This document shows positions 39,455 to 52,215 of a stretch of 64,000 nt of DNA, piece by piece. The notes below the pieces were generated by a model. It did not search any database. It had not been told where the DNA came from and was given only the letters and a program-made list of their open reading frames with translations. The position numbers and the translations under genes are program-made. The stretch comes from Eledone cirrhosa. Its lineage: Eukaryota. Where the stretch lies: the NCBI GenBank assembly GCA_964016885.1, contig OZ024754.1:22816001-22880000 (forward strand), written 5' to 3'. Each line of letters begins with the position of its first letter. The stretch's first letter is position 1.

Positions 39455-39843
39455 ATATATGTATGTGTATATATATATAGTCAATATCATTTCACACCTT
39501 TTATTGTTAAGATTTTTGATTTTTTTTATTAAGAGAACCGATTTTACTGAAAAAATCGAATAATGTACACCATTTTACCAGGGGGGAAAAATACTGGTCC
39601 ACCCACACGCACACACACACACATATATACACACACACATACACACGCGTACATTAACATACAAAGAGACTTATACACACACACACACACGCACTTCTCC
39701 GTATAAGACAAAAGCTGAAAAATATCTTTTGACATGCTAAAATACTTACATGCTAAATACTTACATGCTAAATTGCTTACAGACACATTCTTACTGACCA
39801 TCCCTGCTACCACGAATTACTCTGCTATACACACACACACACA

Positions 39844-39920
<77 letters not shown>

Positions 39921-40495
39921 ATCTTAATATCCATTTGACACACATCCCTGCTAACCATTATCACAACATCGAACACCTTACTACTACTACACACACACAT
40001 ATTTGTTGTGAAAGAGTCATTTCTCAATCTTGGCGCAAAACCAATTTTTTTATTCACATGACCTCTACCGACCAATCAAAATTGTTTTGACCACAAGAAT
40101 TTTTGCAAACACCAAGTAGCGCTGGAGCCACTTTTTTAACATAAAAACAGTCTTGGCGCAAAATCAATTTTTTACATTCACATGACCTCTACCGACCAAT
40201 CAAAATTGTTTTGACCACAAGAATTTTTGCAACACCAAAGTAACGCTGGAGCCACTTTTTTAACATAAAAACAGGTAGAATTCCCAAAACTAATCAGATC
40301 AGAGCAAACAACACGGACACTCTATCTCAAAATTATTTTTGAAAAGCATTTAGAAATGCGCAACCGGTAAAAACTTAAAAACTTAAAACCACAACTGAAT
40401 ACTAACCCATACAATTACTAATACTCTTTTATTCCTAATTAAACCATTTTTCAACTGTGAACAATTTGTCAGCATTTTCTATTCCGTTTACCAAT
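38353..40495. repeat. ~2.1-kb fold-back palindrome (arms ~1 kb, loop ~39365-39384)
   Basis: The arms are reverse complements apart from microsatellite length and small indels. Each arm has an internal ~120-bp tandem duplication. Confidence 0.93.
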
Positions 40496-40567
40496 ATATA
40501 ATAACTTGTGTGTTACACCTCTATTCTTTTAACTATATATATATATATATGTTTATATATATATATG

Positions 40568-40647
<80 letters not shown>

Positions 40648-40707
40648 GTATATATATGTATATATATATATGTATATATATAAACATATATATATATATA
40701 TACACAA

Positions 40708-40753
<46 letters not shown>

Positions 40754-40884
40754 GCAAAAGTTCTATTTAAGTTGTTGGGATACAACAAGCAAATATTTTT
40801 ATAACTGATATAAACCACTCAACAAGTATTTGGAGTAAACATACGATATTAACAAATGGAAACTATATTTATAAAACCATATTT

Positions 40885-40947
40885 ATTTTATTATACATAT
40901 TTCAAGGACACCACGTTAAATTATGGTGTGCTTTCATCAGACAAAAT
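40885..40947 (-). ncRNA. Hammerhead ribozyme (family A), left arm
   Basis: Reverse complement of 41410-41472. Confidence 0.8.
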
Positions 40948-41409
40948 ACAATATAGATCAGTTTTATAAATAAATATTGACATACCCTTAAAAAATGCAA
41001 CCATTACTGTTGGAAGCTCCCGGATAGTGGAGTTGTTTACTTATATTATTATTAGTATTGGATATTTTATTTTTAAAATAAGTCGTTGGGTTACAGAGAA
41101 AGAAAAAGAGAGAAAAGAAAGAAAAACGAAAAAAGAGAGAAAAGTTTTCGTTCTCTCCCCTTCTCTCTGTCTCCTCTCTATCTCTATATTTCTCTCTCTC
41201 TGTTGTTTTGGTATCTCTCTCTCTTTTCTCTCTTTTTCTCTCACTCCTTTTTCTTTCTCTGTAACCCGACGACTTATTTTAAAAATAAAATATCCAATAC
41301 TAATAATAATATAAGTAAACAACTCCACTATCCGGGAGCTTCCAACAGTAATGGTTGCATTTTTTTTAAGGATATGTCAATATTTATTTATAAAACTGAT
41401 CTATATTGT

Positions 41410-41472
41410 ATTTTGTCTGATGAAAGCACACCATAATTTAACGTGGTGTCCTTGAAATATGTATAATAAAAT
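41410..41472 (+). ncRNA. Hammerhead ribozyme (family A), right arm
   Basis: attttgt-CTGATGA-aagcacacca...tggtgtcctt-GAAA-T-ATGT-ATA-ataaaat. Confidence 0.8.
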
Positions 41473-41512
41473 AAATATGGTTTTATAAATATAGTTTCCA
41501 TTTGTTAATATC

Positions 41513-41581
<69 letters not shown>

Positions 41582-41584
<3 letters not shown>

Positions 41585-43751
41585 AAATAAAGATCCGAAG
41601 GCATGGTATAAATTTCCAAAACACGCCAACTGCTATCGTCTTCAGTCAGGGTCATAAATCTATCAAGTCTCTATCTATCTCTCAATAGTTGTAAAAGACG
41701 CTGGACAGGTCTAATCTCAGCATCAGATCTGTAGAATTTTGGTCGGTCACAATTAGTGTGAGTGAGTACACACAAACTCATACACACCGACGCGAGGTCA
41801 GAGAAAAATATATATACACCAACACAGTATGCACCGAAAGTTAGTTTACAAAGCAATAAATATTATATTGATCAAATCTCAATTTTCACGATGTAAATTA
41901 TAAAAAAATTGGGTCAACCACAACCCTATACACACGCAAGTAAATTCCGTTCAACGTTCTGCTATACGTGTATCGATTGAATTGTAACATTCGTATCGTC
42001 TAAATATTGTATGTTTTGGTATATACACATCCATGTGAAGAGCAAGTAGTCAGCTCGTATCGAACTCTATATGTGCCGTTGTCCTGTTGAGAGTCTGAGT
42101 CCCCGAGTCTGTGCGTGCAAGCACCCGCCATGTAGGCCAACAAGGGGCTCCATGTAGGGTTGGGTATTTGAGTTAAGGTGTCAGTGTGTGCGTTTTCCCG
42201 TCCTACGGGCCCTCGGGCCTTTAAGATAAGTGTTTGAGTGGTGGAGGTGTGTTACCCAACACAAAATAAAGTAACAAAACCCCGGAGATGTGTGTAAGCC
42301 CATTGATGGCGTGTAAGTAGTATTGTCCATTCAGCAACTGTGAGCACTCCATGGTTAGAGGATCACAGACCAAAACCTAGTGTAGTATTCAATCGACAAG
42401 ATCATGACTGGTCATAACTGTGGGAACTCCGTGTCTAAAGAAACCGGGTACTGTGTAGAATTATGTATAAAAAGCGTGATCGTTCTTAACTGAGTGTGTA
42501 ATACGTCTATTTACTAACTGAGAGAACTCTATGGTTAGGGTATTCTAAAGTAATGATGAATGCGCGTAATCGATCTTAACTGCGTGTGTAACTATTTACT
42601 AACTAAGTATTCTAAATGGGAAATGTGCACTCAGCTGTGAGAACTCTGTGGAAACATACCGAGTACAGTGTGTAGGTGCGCAAACGATCTTAGCTGTCTA
42701 CTACCTGAGTGTGTGATTGTCTATTTTTTTGCTAATTGAGAGAACTCTATGGCTAAGGTAAAATGGGGGAGTTAGTAGTAGGTTACTTTCCAAAAATCCT
42801 GAGGAAGGTTTTCGAGGTTCTGTGCTGGCAGGTGTTAAAAAAGTCCGCTCTCCTATTGATTAGTAGGGGGCCGCCTCTAATTATATTAAAGGTTTCAGCT
42901 ATACATAAATTACAAACGCCCGTGCTGCCGTTATATGGCTGGGCTGAGTGCAAACTATGGACTAGGATAAGGAGTGCTCTATATTCTGTTGTTTCAGCTT
43001 CCAGACTAATTCAGAAAGCGCCGTGCTATTTTTTTTATCTACTTTATTAAAGATAAGGCGGTGATTATACCATCTATCCTTAAATTCAGTGACAGTTCGC
43101 CCCAACATACCTGAACGTTCTATCTAAAGTGGAGACCTTACAGTCGTAGACTATGTTCTTGGTGAGGCATTTCCCAGCCAAGGGACAAGTAGCGGTGTAC
43201 CTGCAATTGCATTTTCTGCTACCGACCGGGGTAGTTCCTAAGGAACCACTGTACCTCTGGTGTTGGGTCTCAGTTCTTGTCTGCTCTATGCGTAAGTTCC
43301 CAGAGGTTGGGGTGGCCCGACTCACCTCACGCGTATGAGTCCGTTCATGCGTAGAATTGCCATTATTTCTGCCATGCCTCATTCCGCCCTGGGATGAGGC
43401 ATGGCTACTGATTATTCATATGGGGAACAAAACTCTAGTGAGTGAACATCGTTAGTTTTTCCTCCCTCATATCAAAGATTTGAAGACATTTCATTATTCA
43501 CCCGATGAGATCAGTGATAATCGATCATGACCACACGATCGATCTATCCCTTATTGAAACATGCGTCGTGATTAAAATGATTGGAAATTAATACCACGCC
43601 TTCGGATCTTTATTTTGATACAAATACTCCGTTTTACATCATTCCTTAAATGGAATTGGAGATATACAAAAGCGTGGAGAACTTAATATTGCTAACAAAA
43701 GTTTATTGGACCGTATGACACAACCAATAATACACTTTACTCTATAACAAC

Positions 43752-43752
<1 letters not shown>
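41582..43752 (-). mobile_element. Second copy of the PLE-1 family (3' part on -, 43392-41582; inverted pseudo-LTR piece on +, 43403-43752)
   Basis: Homologous to 12635-14815. ORF 43086-43382 has CNC..CPLAGKCLTKNIVYDC..RYVGA. Confidence 0.9.
43491..43580 (+). ncRNA. Hammerhead ribozyme (family B; CCGAUGA variant)
   Basis: cac-CCGATGA...GAAAC-ATGC-GTC-gtg-attaaaatga. Confidence 0.62.
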
Positions 43753-43785
<33 letters not shown>

Positions 43786-43789
43786 ATAT

Positions 43790-44735
43790 ATATAGAGAAA
43801 CACACAGATACATGCGGACACATACATATACATGAATATATCCACATATATCCCTGTGTTAGTGGTGCCAACCTCAACCGATGTTGCTCTATGAATAACT
43901 GGGACAGAACTATCCGAATCGATTAGACTGATTCAGTATCAGAGCTATAAAGTACATTATGAAGAGAGAAGAAACATTAGATATAATTAGTAATAAGATA
44001 TATCATACCTAGCTGTTTCTATAGTCCCCGACTACGTAGTTTCGTGGCATATTATGCAAAAACACTAGATCATAGAGATTTAGAGTCTTTGTTGAGGTTC
44101 TGCCGACTTATCAAGGGGATATTTCATTAAGGATTTCAAAACACGTCTGCAATGCGCGAGATAGAATCTCGAAAAGGCGGAGGGAGAGTCAATCACGTTA
44201 TACAGCGGTCAAGAAACAGAGCTAAGCCCCTTATAATCCTGAAAAAATACAACGGAGGCGGAGGGGGTATTCATATCAAAGCCGTAGAAGAGGTGGTTTG
44301 AGGAGGCGAGAAGTATGAGTAATGGTAGCTATCCAGCAGTCACTACACTTCAAAGGTTACTCGACCAAAGGGAGTTATAAACAATATATAGAGAGAAGCA
44401 CACAGATACATGCAGACACATACATATACATGAATATATCCACACATATCCCTGTGTTAGTGGTGCCAACCTCAACCGATGTTGCTCTATGAATAACTGG
44501 GACAGAACTATCCGAATGGATTAGACTGATTCAGTATCAGAGCTATAAAGTACATTATGAAGAGAGAAGAAACATTAGATATAATTAGTAATAAGATATA
44601 TCATACCTAGCTGCCACGAAACTACGTAGTCGGGGACTGGAGAACCAGCTAGGTATGATATATCTTATTACTAATTATATCTAATGTTATAGCTACCATT
44701 ACTCATACTTCTCGCCTCCTCAAACCACCCCTTCT
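43790..44735. repeat. PLE-like direct plus inverted repeat cluster with a degenerate hammerhead (44025-44119, -)
   Basis: 43795-44015 is repeated at 44392-44613, and 44613-44735 holds inverted pieces. Minus strand: tcccc-TTGATAA-gtcggca...tgccac-GAAAC-TACGTA-GTC-gggga. Confidence 0.65.
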
Positions 44736-45088
44736 GGGTCACTGTATTCAAAACTGAATAAATTACCGAAATAGCGTGATTTATCAGTAAATTACATTTT
44801 AAAATTACATGTCTGTGGCATTCGAGATATTCGGGAACTGAACCGCCGACAACGAAGTTTGTGTCATCTTACTGAAATATCAGGTGATGCTTCTAGCGAA
44901 GGTAGTTGGTTATTCCGGTGACTAAACTTCGCTATCGTTTGCGATAATGCTGTGAGTGTTTTGTGTTGCCTCAAAATCTTTGTAGAGAGGAACACCGGCA
45001 TTCCCTGTTGTACTGTACATGCCTTCTTTTTTCCTTTCTGACTAATTTTTATTGATTTCTTTTTCTTTTGTAATTCTTATTCATTATC

Positions 45089-45168
45089 CAAAAAGATGTT
45101 GAACTTGATATGGATGAAGGAAATTTGCTTGCATCAGTTCCCAATCCTCTTGAGTTAAAAAGATTAAG
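45089..45168 (+). other. RRS1-like (ribosome biogenesis regulator) exon or gene fragment
   Basis: Translates QKDVELDMDEGNLLASVPNPLELKRL, resembling the RRS1 N-terminal ELQFDLGNLLASDRNP motif (from memory). It ends at a donor-like AG|GTTAGT. No other exons were recognised. Confidence 0.5.
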
Positions 45169-45178
45169 GTTAGTTTAT

Positions 45179-45369
45179 AATTGTTTCTATTTTAGGCACA
45201 AGGCCAGCAATTACCCAGTACATTACTGGTACTTTATTTTATCGACCCCGTAAGGATGAAAGGCAAAGTTAACCTCGGCGGAATTTGAACTCAGATCATA
45301 AAGGGACGTAACTCTATGCTTCAAAGCATGGTGTCCGACCCTCTACCGATACTGCCAATCCACCGCCCT
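45179..45369 (-). mobile_element. Full-length tRNA-SINE with a 15-bp TSD
   Basis: TSD aggttagtttataat at 45167 and 45370. Confidence 0.92.
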
Positions 45370-46009
45370 AGGTTAGTTTATAATGAATCTTAAACATTTG
45401 CCACATGGCTTTATCAGTTCTAACATATTCGGAAGGCTTTTGATTATAGATCTCCATTGTGAATTAGCTCTTCTCGATACCATGTGTCCTGCTAAAAAAT
45501 GGCAAATCATACCCTATCGTCTGAATAACAAACTCAGTGGATAACGTAGTCAGGATGGTCAAAACTGGAATGGCTTTCATCGTAAGGTTTTATCGAAGTT
45601 GACCAAACCTTAACCAAAAGCAGAGGTCTGTTTACATAAACATCATCACACAAACCGCTAGAAATAGCAGATACATCGCACATTACATATTTGAATGTTT
45701 GATTAAAATATCATTGTAATTGAATCATTCAAACATTATTTGATTGAGCACTCAATACTGGTGGGTAGAGTATAAATTTTCTTAGTAGAAAAGTGAGTGA
45801 TTTCGAAGTTTTAGCGTGGTCTCTTCATGTATCTGTACACATACAAGCTGACGTGGGAATCCGAATTGTAACGTGCATAATCCGGTGAATCGCACGAGAT
45901 ACTTTCGTTTTCTTATTTCCCATTAATTTAACAGTCAACACAAGCCAAATATTCAACTGACACAGGACATAAGCTAATAATAATGATTAATGACAATAAT
46001 CTTTAAATT

Positions 46010-46170
46010 TATTGCGGATTCACCCATGTGGAATCTCACACACTCACACAGGTTTTGATTTTACTGCAGTCTTGCCCATGTGGAATTTTACACAAACACA
46101 ACTTTTGATTTTACTGCGGATTTATCCATGCGAAATATTACACAAACTCACAGCCTTTGAATTTTTACTT
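46010..46170. repeat. Degenerate ~52-bp tandem repeat x3
   Basis: Recurrent ttttgattttactgcggatt..ccatgtggaat..acaca. Confidence 0.6.
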
Positions 46171-46446
46171 CTAATGTTTTTTCCTTCTCTTCGCATGTTC
46201 ATTGCTCTTTCTCTTCCACTGTATTTACCTGCCTCTCACAATACCACATTCATCTCCACGCACTCATAATCTCTCCACCCCCTCCTCCACTTTCTATCCC
46301 TCCCCCTGCTCACCCCTTACTTCGTCCTCGCGCACAGCTTACCTAGGTCTTCGCTGGACCTGTTGGTGACCCGATGTTTCGATCGAACTATCACCGGCGA
46401 TTGCCGATTGATAAAGTTGCCACCATTTTAACCTAATCCACTCTAG

Positions 46447-49400
46447 GTGGCGGAGGCAAGCGTCGAACGGCCAAGAGACTTGCTTGGTGGAACGACTATG
46501 TTACACCCGGTCAGCCTTCGACCTCTAATTCTCCACCAACTTCGGCACGCACGAGAGGAGCTAACTTGTCTGCACCTACCCCTCCTCCTCTTCATCGCAT
46601 ATTCCCAGCGAATTCAACCCTGCCAACCCACCACCCCTACAACTGTTAGCCCACCACCCAACCTCCGCTCTAGTCCTACCGTTAGAACCACTGCTACCTC
46701 TTTTACTGACTCACTTCTTCCACCGAATTCCAACGCTGACCCTCTACTGCCGGCTGCTGTCAGCCCACTACCTGATTGCGCTCTCTGTGCCCGCACTAGC
46801 CGGTACTTAAAGACAATCAAATGTCACCTATGTCACGCAAGCTACCACAGAAGCTGTGTCGGCATCACCAAGGCTCAAGCTGAAAGGCTTCAACACTGGA
46901 CCTGTGATCGGTGCCACTTCAGCTCCGACGTATTCTGTGGGGATGCCCCACGCTTCGATGACCAACTCTCTACCGAGGACTTTGCCACAGCCCTCCAGGG
47001 TTTCTCCAAATCAAAGCTCGTCAACCGGATCCCTAAGGGAGCTCGGAATAGCTTTGCACGTGCCTTCGCTAATTTATTGAAAAACGTTTGCTCCTCCAAC
47101 AATAGGTCTGACTCGCTGGAATTGTTTTTGTTTCCTCTCATCTCTCTTCACGTGCACAATGCGAATTCGGGTTCCCTCACATCCTCTCTCAAGCAGCAGT
47201 ATCAGCTGTTCGAGTCCACCCCAACCACGTCTCACCTCAGTTCAATATCGAGCCCGGTGTCCACCAGCAGACAACCAATATACCTCAAGCGAGCGGTCAA
47301 TGCCAAATTCAGCGAATTTGACATTAAAGGGGCTGTCCGTCTCCTCTCTTCTCTGTCCTCCCTCGCTCCGTGCAACTCTGATTCTCTTGAGCGTCTGCAA
47401 GAGAAGCACCCATCGGCACCCCCAGATGATCAGCTACACTGGCCCGAACCACCAGAATACTCGAGACCGGTTTTCACCAATGATATCATCAGAAAGGCGA
47501 TTTCATCCTTCCCCGTTGGGTCAGGCGCGGGAATTGACAGCCTTCGTCCTCAACACCTCAAGGATGGTATCTCCTTATCGACCGGTGACGCCGGACTCGA
47601 GCTCTTGGAGAGTCTGACTCAGTTTGTGAATCAGTTCTCTTCAATGCACGTTCTCCCGTTCACCCGCCCACTGTTCTTCGGTGCAAAGTTATTTGGTCTC
47701 AACAAGCCCAACGGAGACCTGCACCCCATTGCGGTTGGCTGCACCCTTCGTGTCCTCACTGCAAAGGCGTGTTTGCTATCGGTCTCTGACTCACTGGCGG
47801 AGGAATTTTCCCCCATCCAGTTAGGGGTGGGTACCAAGTTGGGATGTGAGGCTGCTGCCCACGCTACCAGAGCCTTTACGAACTTGTCATCCTCAAACTT
47901 GACCTCAAGAATGCATTTCACCTCGTCAGCCGCGACGTCGTCCATGGCTCAGTAAGATAGAGGGTCCCACAACTCTACCACTTTGTTTGGCATGCTTATC
48001 GGGAGCCCTCCTTCCTCTCTTTCGGTGACCAAATCATTACCTCTGCCTCAGGAGTCCAACAGGGCGACCCACTCGGGCCCGCTCTATTTGCTCTGGGCAT
48101 TGATGACGTCACCAAGATGGAGGTTGAGTTGTACCTCAATGTCTGGTACCTCAACGACGCTTGTTTTGGGGGAACTCCGAATATGGTTCTCGCCACTGCC
48201 AACAAAATGGCTGAGGAGCTTGGCCGCCGGGATCTCCAGGTCAATTGCTCCAAATGTGAGCTCTGGATCGTCAACCACCCGGCTTCTCAACACCAACAGC
48301 TAATCGACCTGTTTACGGTGTCCTTCCCTTCCATTGCGGTCCCTCCCCCGTCGGCTTGGTGTTCCTTAGGAGCCCCAATCACAGACCTTGCCTTCGAGTC
48401 AATCTTCCAATCGAAGATGGTTGGCCTTGAGCAGTTGCTGAAGAATATTGAAGTTATTGAACCCCATCAAGGTTTCTTCATACTCAGGAACTACCCATCT
48501 ATTCCTAAGCTGCTGTATCTGCTCAGGGTCAGCCCTCTCATAGATTTCTGTCCTGCCTCCAACGCTTCGACGACCTAATCTTCGAGAGACTCGAGTGCCT
48601 GGTCAATGTTAGACTCTCTCCAGAGTCCCGCGATCAGGCTGCGTTGCCCAAGCGATTGTGAGGTCTTGGTCTTCGTAAGTGTTCGTCAATCTCTCTCTCC
48701 TGTTTCCTTTCCTCCACCCACGCTTGCTCCACCCTGGTGAGCAACATCCTCTCCTCTCCAACATGGACTAGTTCTAACAGAGAGTTGGATGAAGCTCTCC
48801 AACAATGGAATGAGTTGGGCTTGTCTCTTCCTGAGAAGGTGAAGGACAGTCGAAGTCAGAGAGCTTGGGACATCGTAACTTCGAGGGCTACTTTTGACTC
48901 CCTCTTCGTCCAGTCGGATCAGTTTGCAAGGTGCCGCTTACTATCTGCCAGCGCCAAATACTCGGGTGACTGGGTTGATGCACTACCCGTGGCTAACGTT
49001 GGTGGCCTACTCAGCCTGGACGAACTTCGTGCCTCCATCGCCCTCAGAGTGGAAGATGACGTCTGCATGGGTTTGAGGTGTCGATGCGCCAAACTCCGAC
49101 TTCACAGGCCTCCACGGTCTTTCTTGCCGCCTGAATGCCGGCCGCTTCGCGCTAAACCTCATTCTGAAGAGAGCTTTGGCCCGGGCGAACATCCCCTCAA
49201 TCTTAGAACCATCTAGGTTGTCCAGAAGTGACGGCAAAAGACCTGACGGCCTTACCCTGTGCCCCTGGTCGAGAGGCAGGTGCCTTGTCTGGGACGTCAC
49301 TGTTATTGACCCTTTTGCTTCTTTCCACATCCTGGATGCTGCGGTTAGGGCGAGAGCCACAGCTTCCACAGCCGAGCGCGGAGCAAGACCCTCAAATACA

Positions 49401-49700
49401 GTGATCTGTCGGCCAACAACATTTTCCAGCCTGTGGCTTTCGAGACGTTTGGGGGAGTCGGGCTGTGAACTGCGAGTTTCCTCTCTTCACTAGCGGTTCG
49501 CCTAATAGAGGTAACTGGCGAATCTCGCAAGGGCGCTTGGTTGTTCCAGCGCATCAGCCTCGCCATCACCCGAGGCAACGCTGCGAGTGTGCTGGCTTGC
49601 CTCAAAAATCATTAGAGAGGTTGACCAGTACTCCTCGCTGCTGTCTTTTGCTCTGGTGGTGGCTCGGTTGTTCACCCCTTCCTTTATATTTTCTTTAATA
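46447..49700 (+). mobile_element. CRE-like (R2-group) non-LTR retrotransposon with PHD finger, RT and restriction-like endonuclease; frameshifted
   Basis: C4HC3 finger CALC..CHLC..HRSC..CDRC. RT motifs GIDSLRPQHLKD, PIAVG, QLGVG, GVQQGDPLGPALF and WYLND. REL motifs RPDG, WDVT, PVAFET and QRISLAITRGNA. Confidence 0.88.
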
Positions 49701-49791
49701 ATATTGCAACATTAAAGGAATATATCCTTCTGAAAGAATCGCGAGCAATTTATAATGTTATTTAAGCGTTTGTAGTGTTATTCATGTATAT

Positions 49792-50012
49792 CCCTTTAGC
49801 ATTTACATTATTTTATATATACTGTTGTATTTTCACAGTAAAGGCTTTATCTTACATAATTATCTCACATAAAATCGAATCTACGAGATTTTGATATTAT
49901 TTATTTTGAGAACAATACCTTAATGTAGGTGTGAGCAGCCAGTTACATTCGGTTTGAACAGAAATAAGTGAGAGAGTTCTGGCCAGATACAGCCGGTTTG
50001 AATGCTTAAGGG
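49792..50012. mobile_element. piggyBac-type MITE with non-canonical TSD ATAT
   Basis: TIR ccctttagcattta / tgaatgcttaaggg. Same family as 62936-63325. Confidence 0.8.
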
Positions 50013-50311
50013 ATATATTTAAAACATATTTGTTATGTTATTCTACTGTAAATTTATTTATATGCTTTGAGTAAATATGGTACTTTTTTTTTTTTTATAT
50101 ATATAACAGCAACTATGAATAAACGAAGTTAATATTTGCCCACATCTTATAAATTGTATTCACCTTAAAAAAACAACAAAACCAAATAACCTATTTTCTT
50201 GAATCATTTTTAAAAAACAATTTTTCTTATTTTTATCCTCTCACTTAAATATAATAATAAAGAATTCAATATTTAGTCAAACATAAAGAAAAAGTAAGTA
50301 GTATGACAACA

Positions 50312-50490
50312 TAATTGTTTCTACTTTAGGCACAAGGCCAGCAATTACCCAGTACATTATTGGTACTTTATTTTATCGACCCCGTAAGGATGAAAGGCAA
50401 AGTTAACCTCGACGGGATTTGAACTCAAACCGTAAAGGGACGTAACTATGCTAGAAAGCAGGGCGTACAACCCTCTACTGATACTGCCAA
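50312..50490 (-). mobile_element. tRNA-SINE (dominant family)
   Basis: Core and tail match the other copies. Confidence 0.85.
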
Positions 50491-50499
50491 TTCACGTGT

Positions 50500-50810
50500 T
50501 GTTAACAAGAGCAATATCAACAACAGCCGAACTCCCATTGTCATCGTTCCATCTCTCCGTATGGTGAGCAAATGGGGTCCCACTTGCTGGCCTCCCCACA
50601 GCCCTGGCGGACAGAATGGAGAAGGCGTTTCTTCGGAGGATGGTAAGGAAGATGCGCTGGAAGAGCCATTCAAACTCGCGAGGTTCACACCTACGGCTGG
50701 CCAGCTCAGCGCCTATGGTGGTGATTAGGGAGGTAGCCCTAGGGCCAAGGACACCAGAAGTCTCCACTGTCAGGGGTACGACCGCAAACCTGTCGGAGAG
50801 CGACCGGTAT
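50500..50810 (-). mobile_element. 3' fragment of a divergent CRE-like element
   Basis: VPLTVETSGVLGP..EFEWLFQRIFLTILRRNAFSIL, a REL endonuclease C-terminus. Confidence 0.75.
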
Positions 50811-51365
50811 CATTATCAACCGGAATTTAAATCATTCTGAATATACAAAACTTCTGCAATACTGGACTAGTATTTTATTTACCACTGGCTATTGTCCGCG
50901 GAATGCCTTTGCGGATTTGGCCGCAGGGCAAACACCCTAGGGTCGGAGCCCATCATCCTCTCCCTTTCTTCTGTGACCCAAGAGTCATTGCTTTTTCCTT
51001 CCTTTTCCTCTTATGGCATTTATAGTCCTTTCCTCTACTTTTCTTTACCAACTTCGAAAAGATCTCTGTGGAATTTGAACTCAAAGTGTAAAGAGCCGGA
51101 ACAAATACCGCACATGGTCACGACTCTGGCAAATCACCGCCTGCTGCAGTAAATACACATGTAAATATAAGCACTGCAACAACATGAAAGTTACATAACA
51201 GCAAATCTTGTTTCTTAGGAGATTTAATTAGTGGTAACCACAGCACACTTAGTTTATACAAAGGTCGGATCGAACGAACAGAAAAAGAAAACATGATAAT
51301 AAAACAATTATAATCACAAATAAAATCACAGATTTGCTTATTATTAAAGAAAAGAATAATAAAAA

Positions 51366-51402
<37 letters not shown>

Positions 51403-52142
51403 AAATAAAAAACCCAAAAGACTATTTATGTTGATGACGTAATAGAAATTTCCCTATTTCGTATCGTTTGTTTTTAGTATTGCAAATTCTGAGAAAAAAG
51501 ATTGTTATTCATTTCGCAACACAAAAAGCGGAAGCGGAACTAGCTGCTCTTTAATTGTTTTTAATCTATCTCTCTATCTATAACTCTTTTTCTTCTCTCT
51601 GTCTATATACCCCTTTCTATCTCGCACACCTCTCTCTCTATCCCTCTTTCTACCTATTTTTCTCTCTATCCTTATTATTGCTTTCTAACTATTTTCTTTA
51701 TTCCTCTTACTACTTTCTCTATCCCTTTTACCCGCAATTTATCTCTCTATCTACCCCACTCTTCCCTCTGTATCTCTCTCTTACCACTCACCCTCTATTT
51801 CTCTTTATTTTACTATTTTTCTCTCTCCTCCTAGATCCAAGTCTCCGCCTACTTGTTATCAATGTAATCACCATCTTTATTCGCGAGATCATCTACATCT
51901 TTCTCTTGGTAAGTAAACACTTATTATATAGTTAGAAATATATAATTAAAAACATAGACAACATATAACGATATATATACATAAATATGAACACTTAATC
52001 GACAATTTAATTATGTAACTAGTTGTAAGGAGAGGAAAAAAATAATTTTGGTGGGAAGCAAGTCTAAACAAAATTACAACGATAATTTTCTAAACACATT
52101 TGTTAATATATACTGAAGTGAATGTTTTAAATATTCGTATGT

Positions 52143-52215
52143 ATTTTGTCTGAAGACATGTTTTGCTTTATGTTATACATAAAACTTTACATTTTCGAAA
52201 TGTATATAATAAAAT
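52143..52215 (+). ncRNA. Hammerhead ribozyme (family A-like flanks, different stem II)
   Basis: attttgt-CTGAAGA-catgt..tttatgt tat acataaa..acattttc-GAAA-T-GTAT-ATA-ataaaat. The stem II closing pair is mismatched. Confidence 0.65.

Larger units (their letters stand above)
40842..41515. repeat. ~670-bp palindrome with one hammerhead per arm
   Basis: 40842-41100 is the near-exact reverse complement of 41253-41515. The centre is purine-rich then pyrimidine-rich. Confidence 0.93.
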
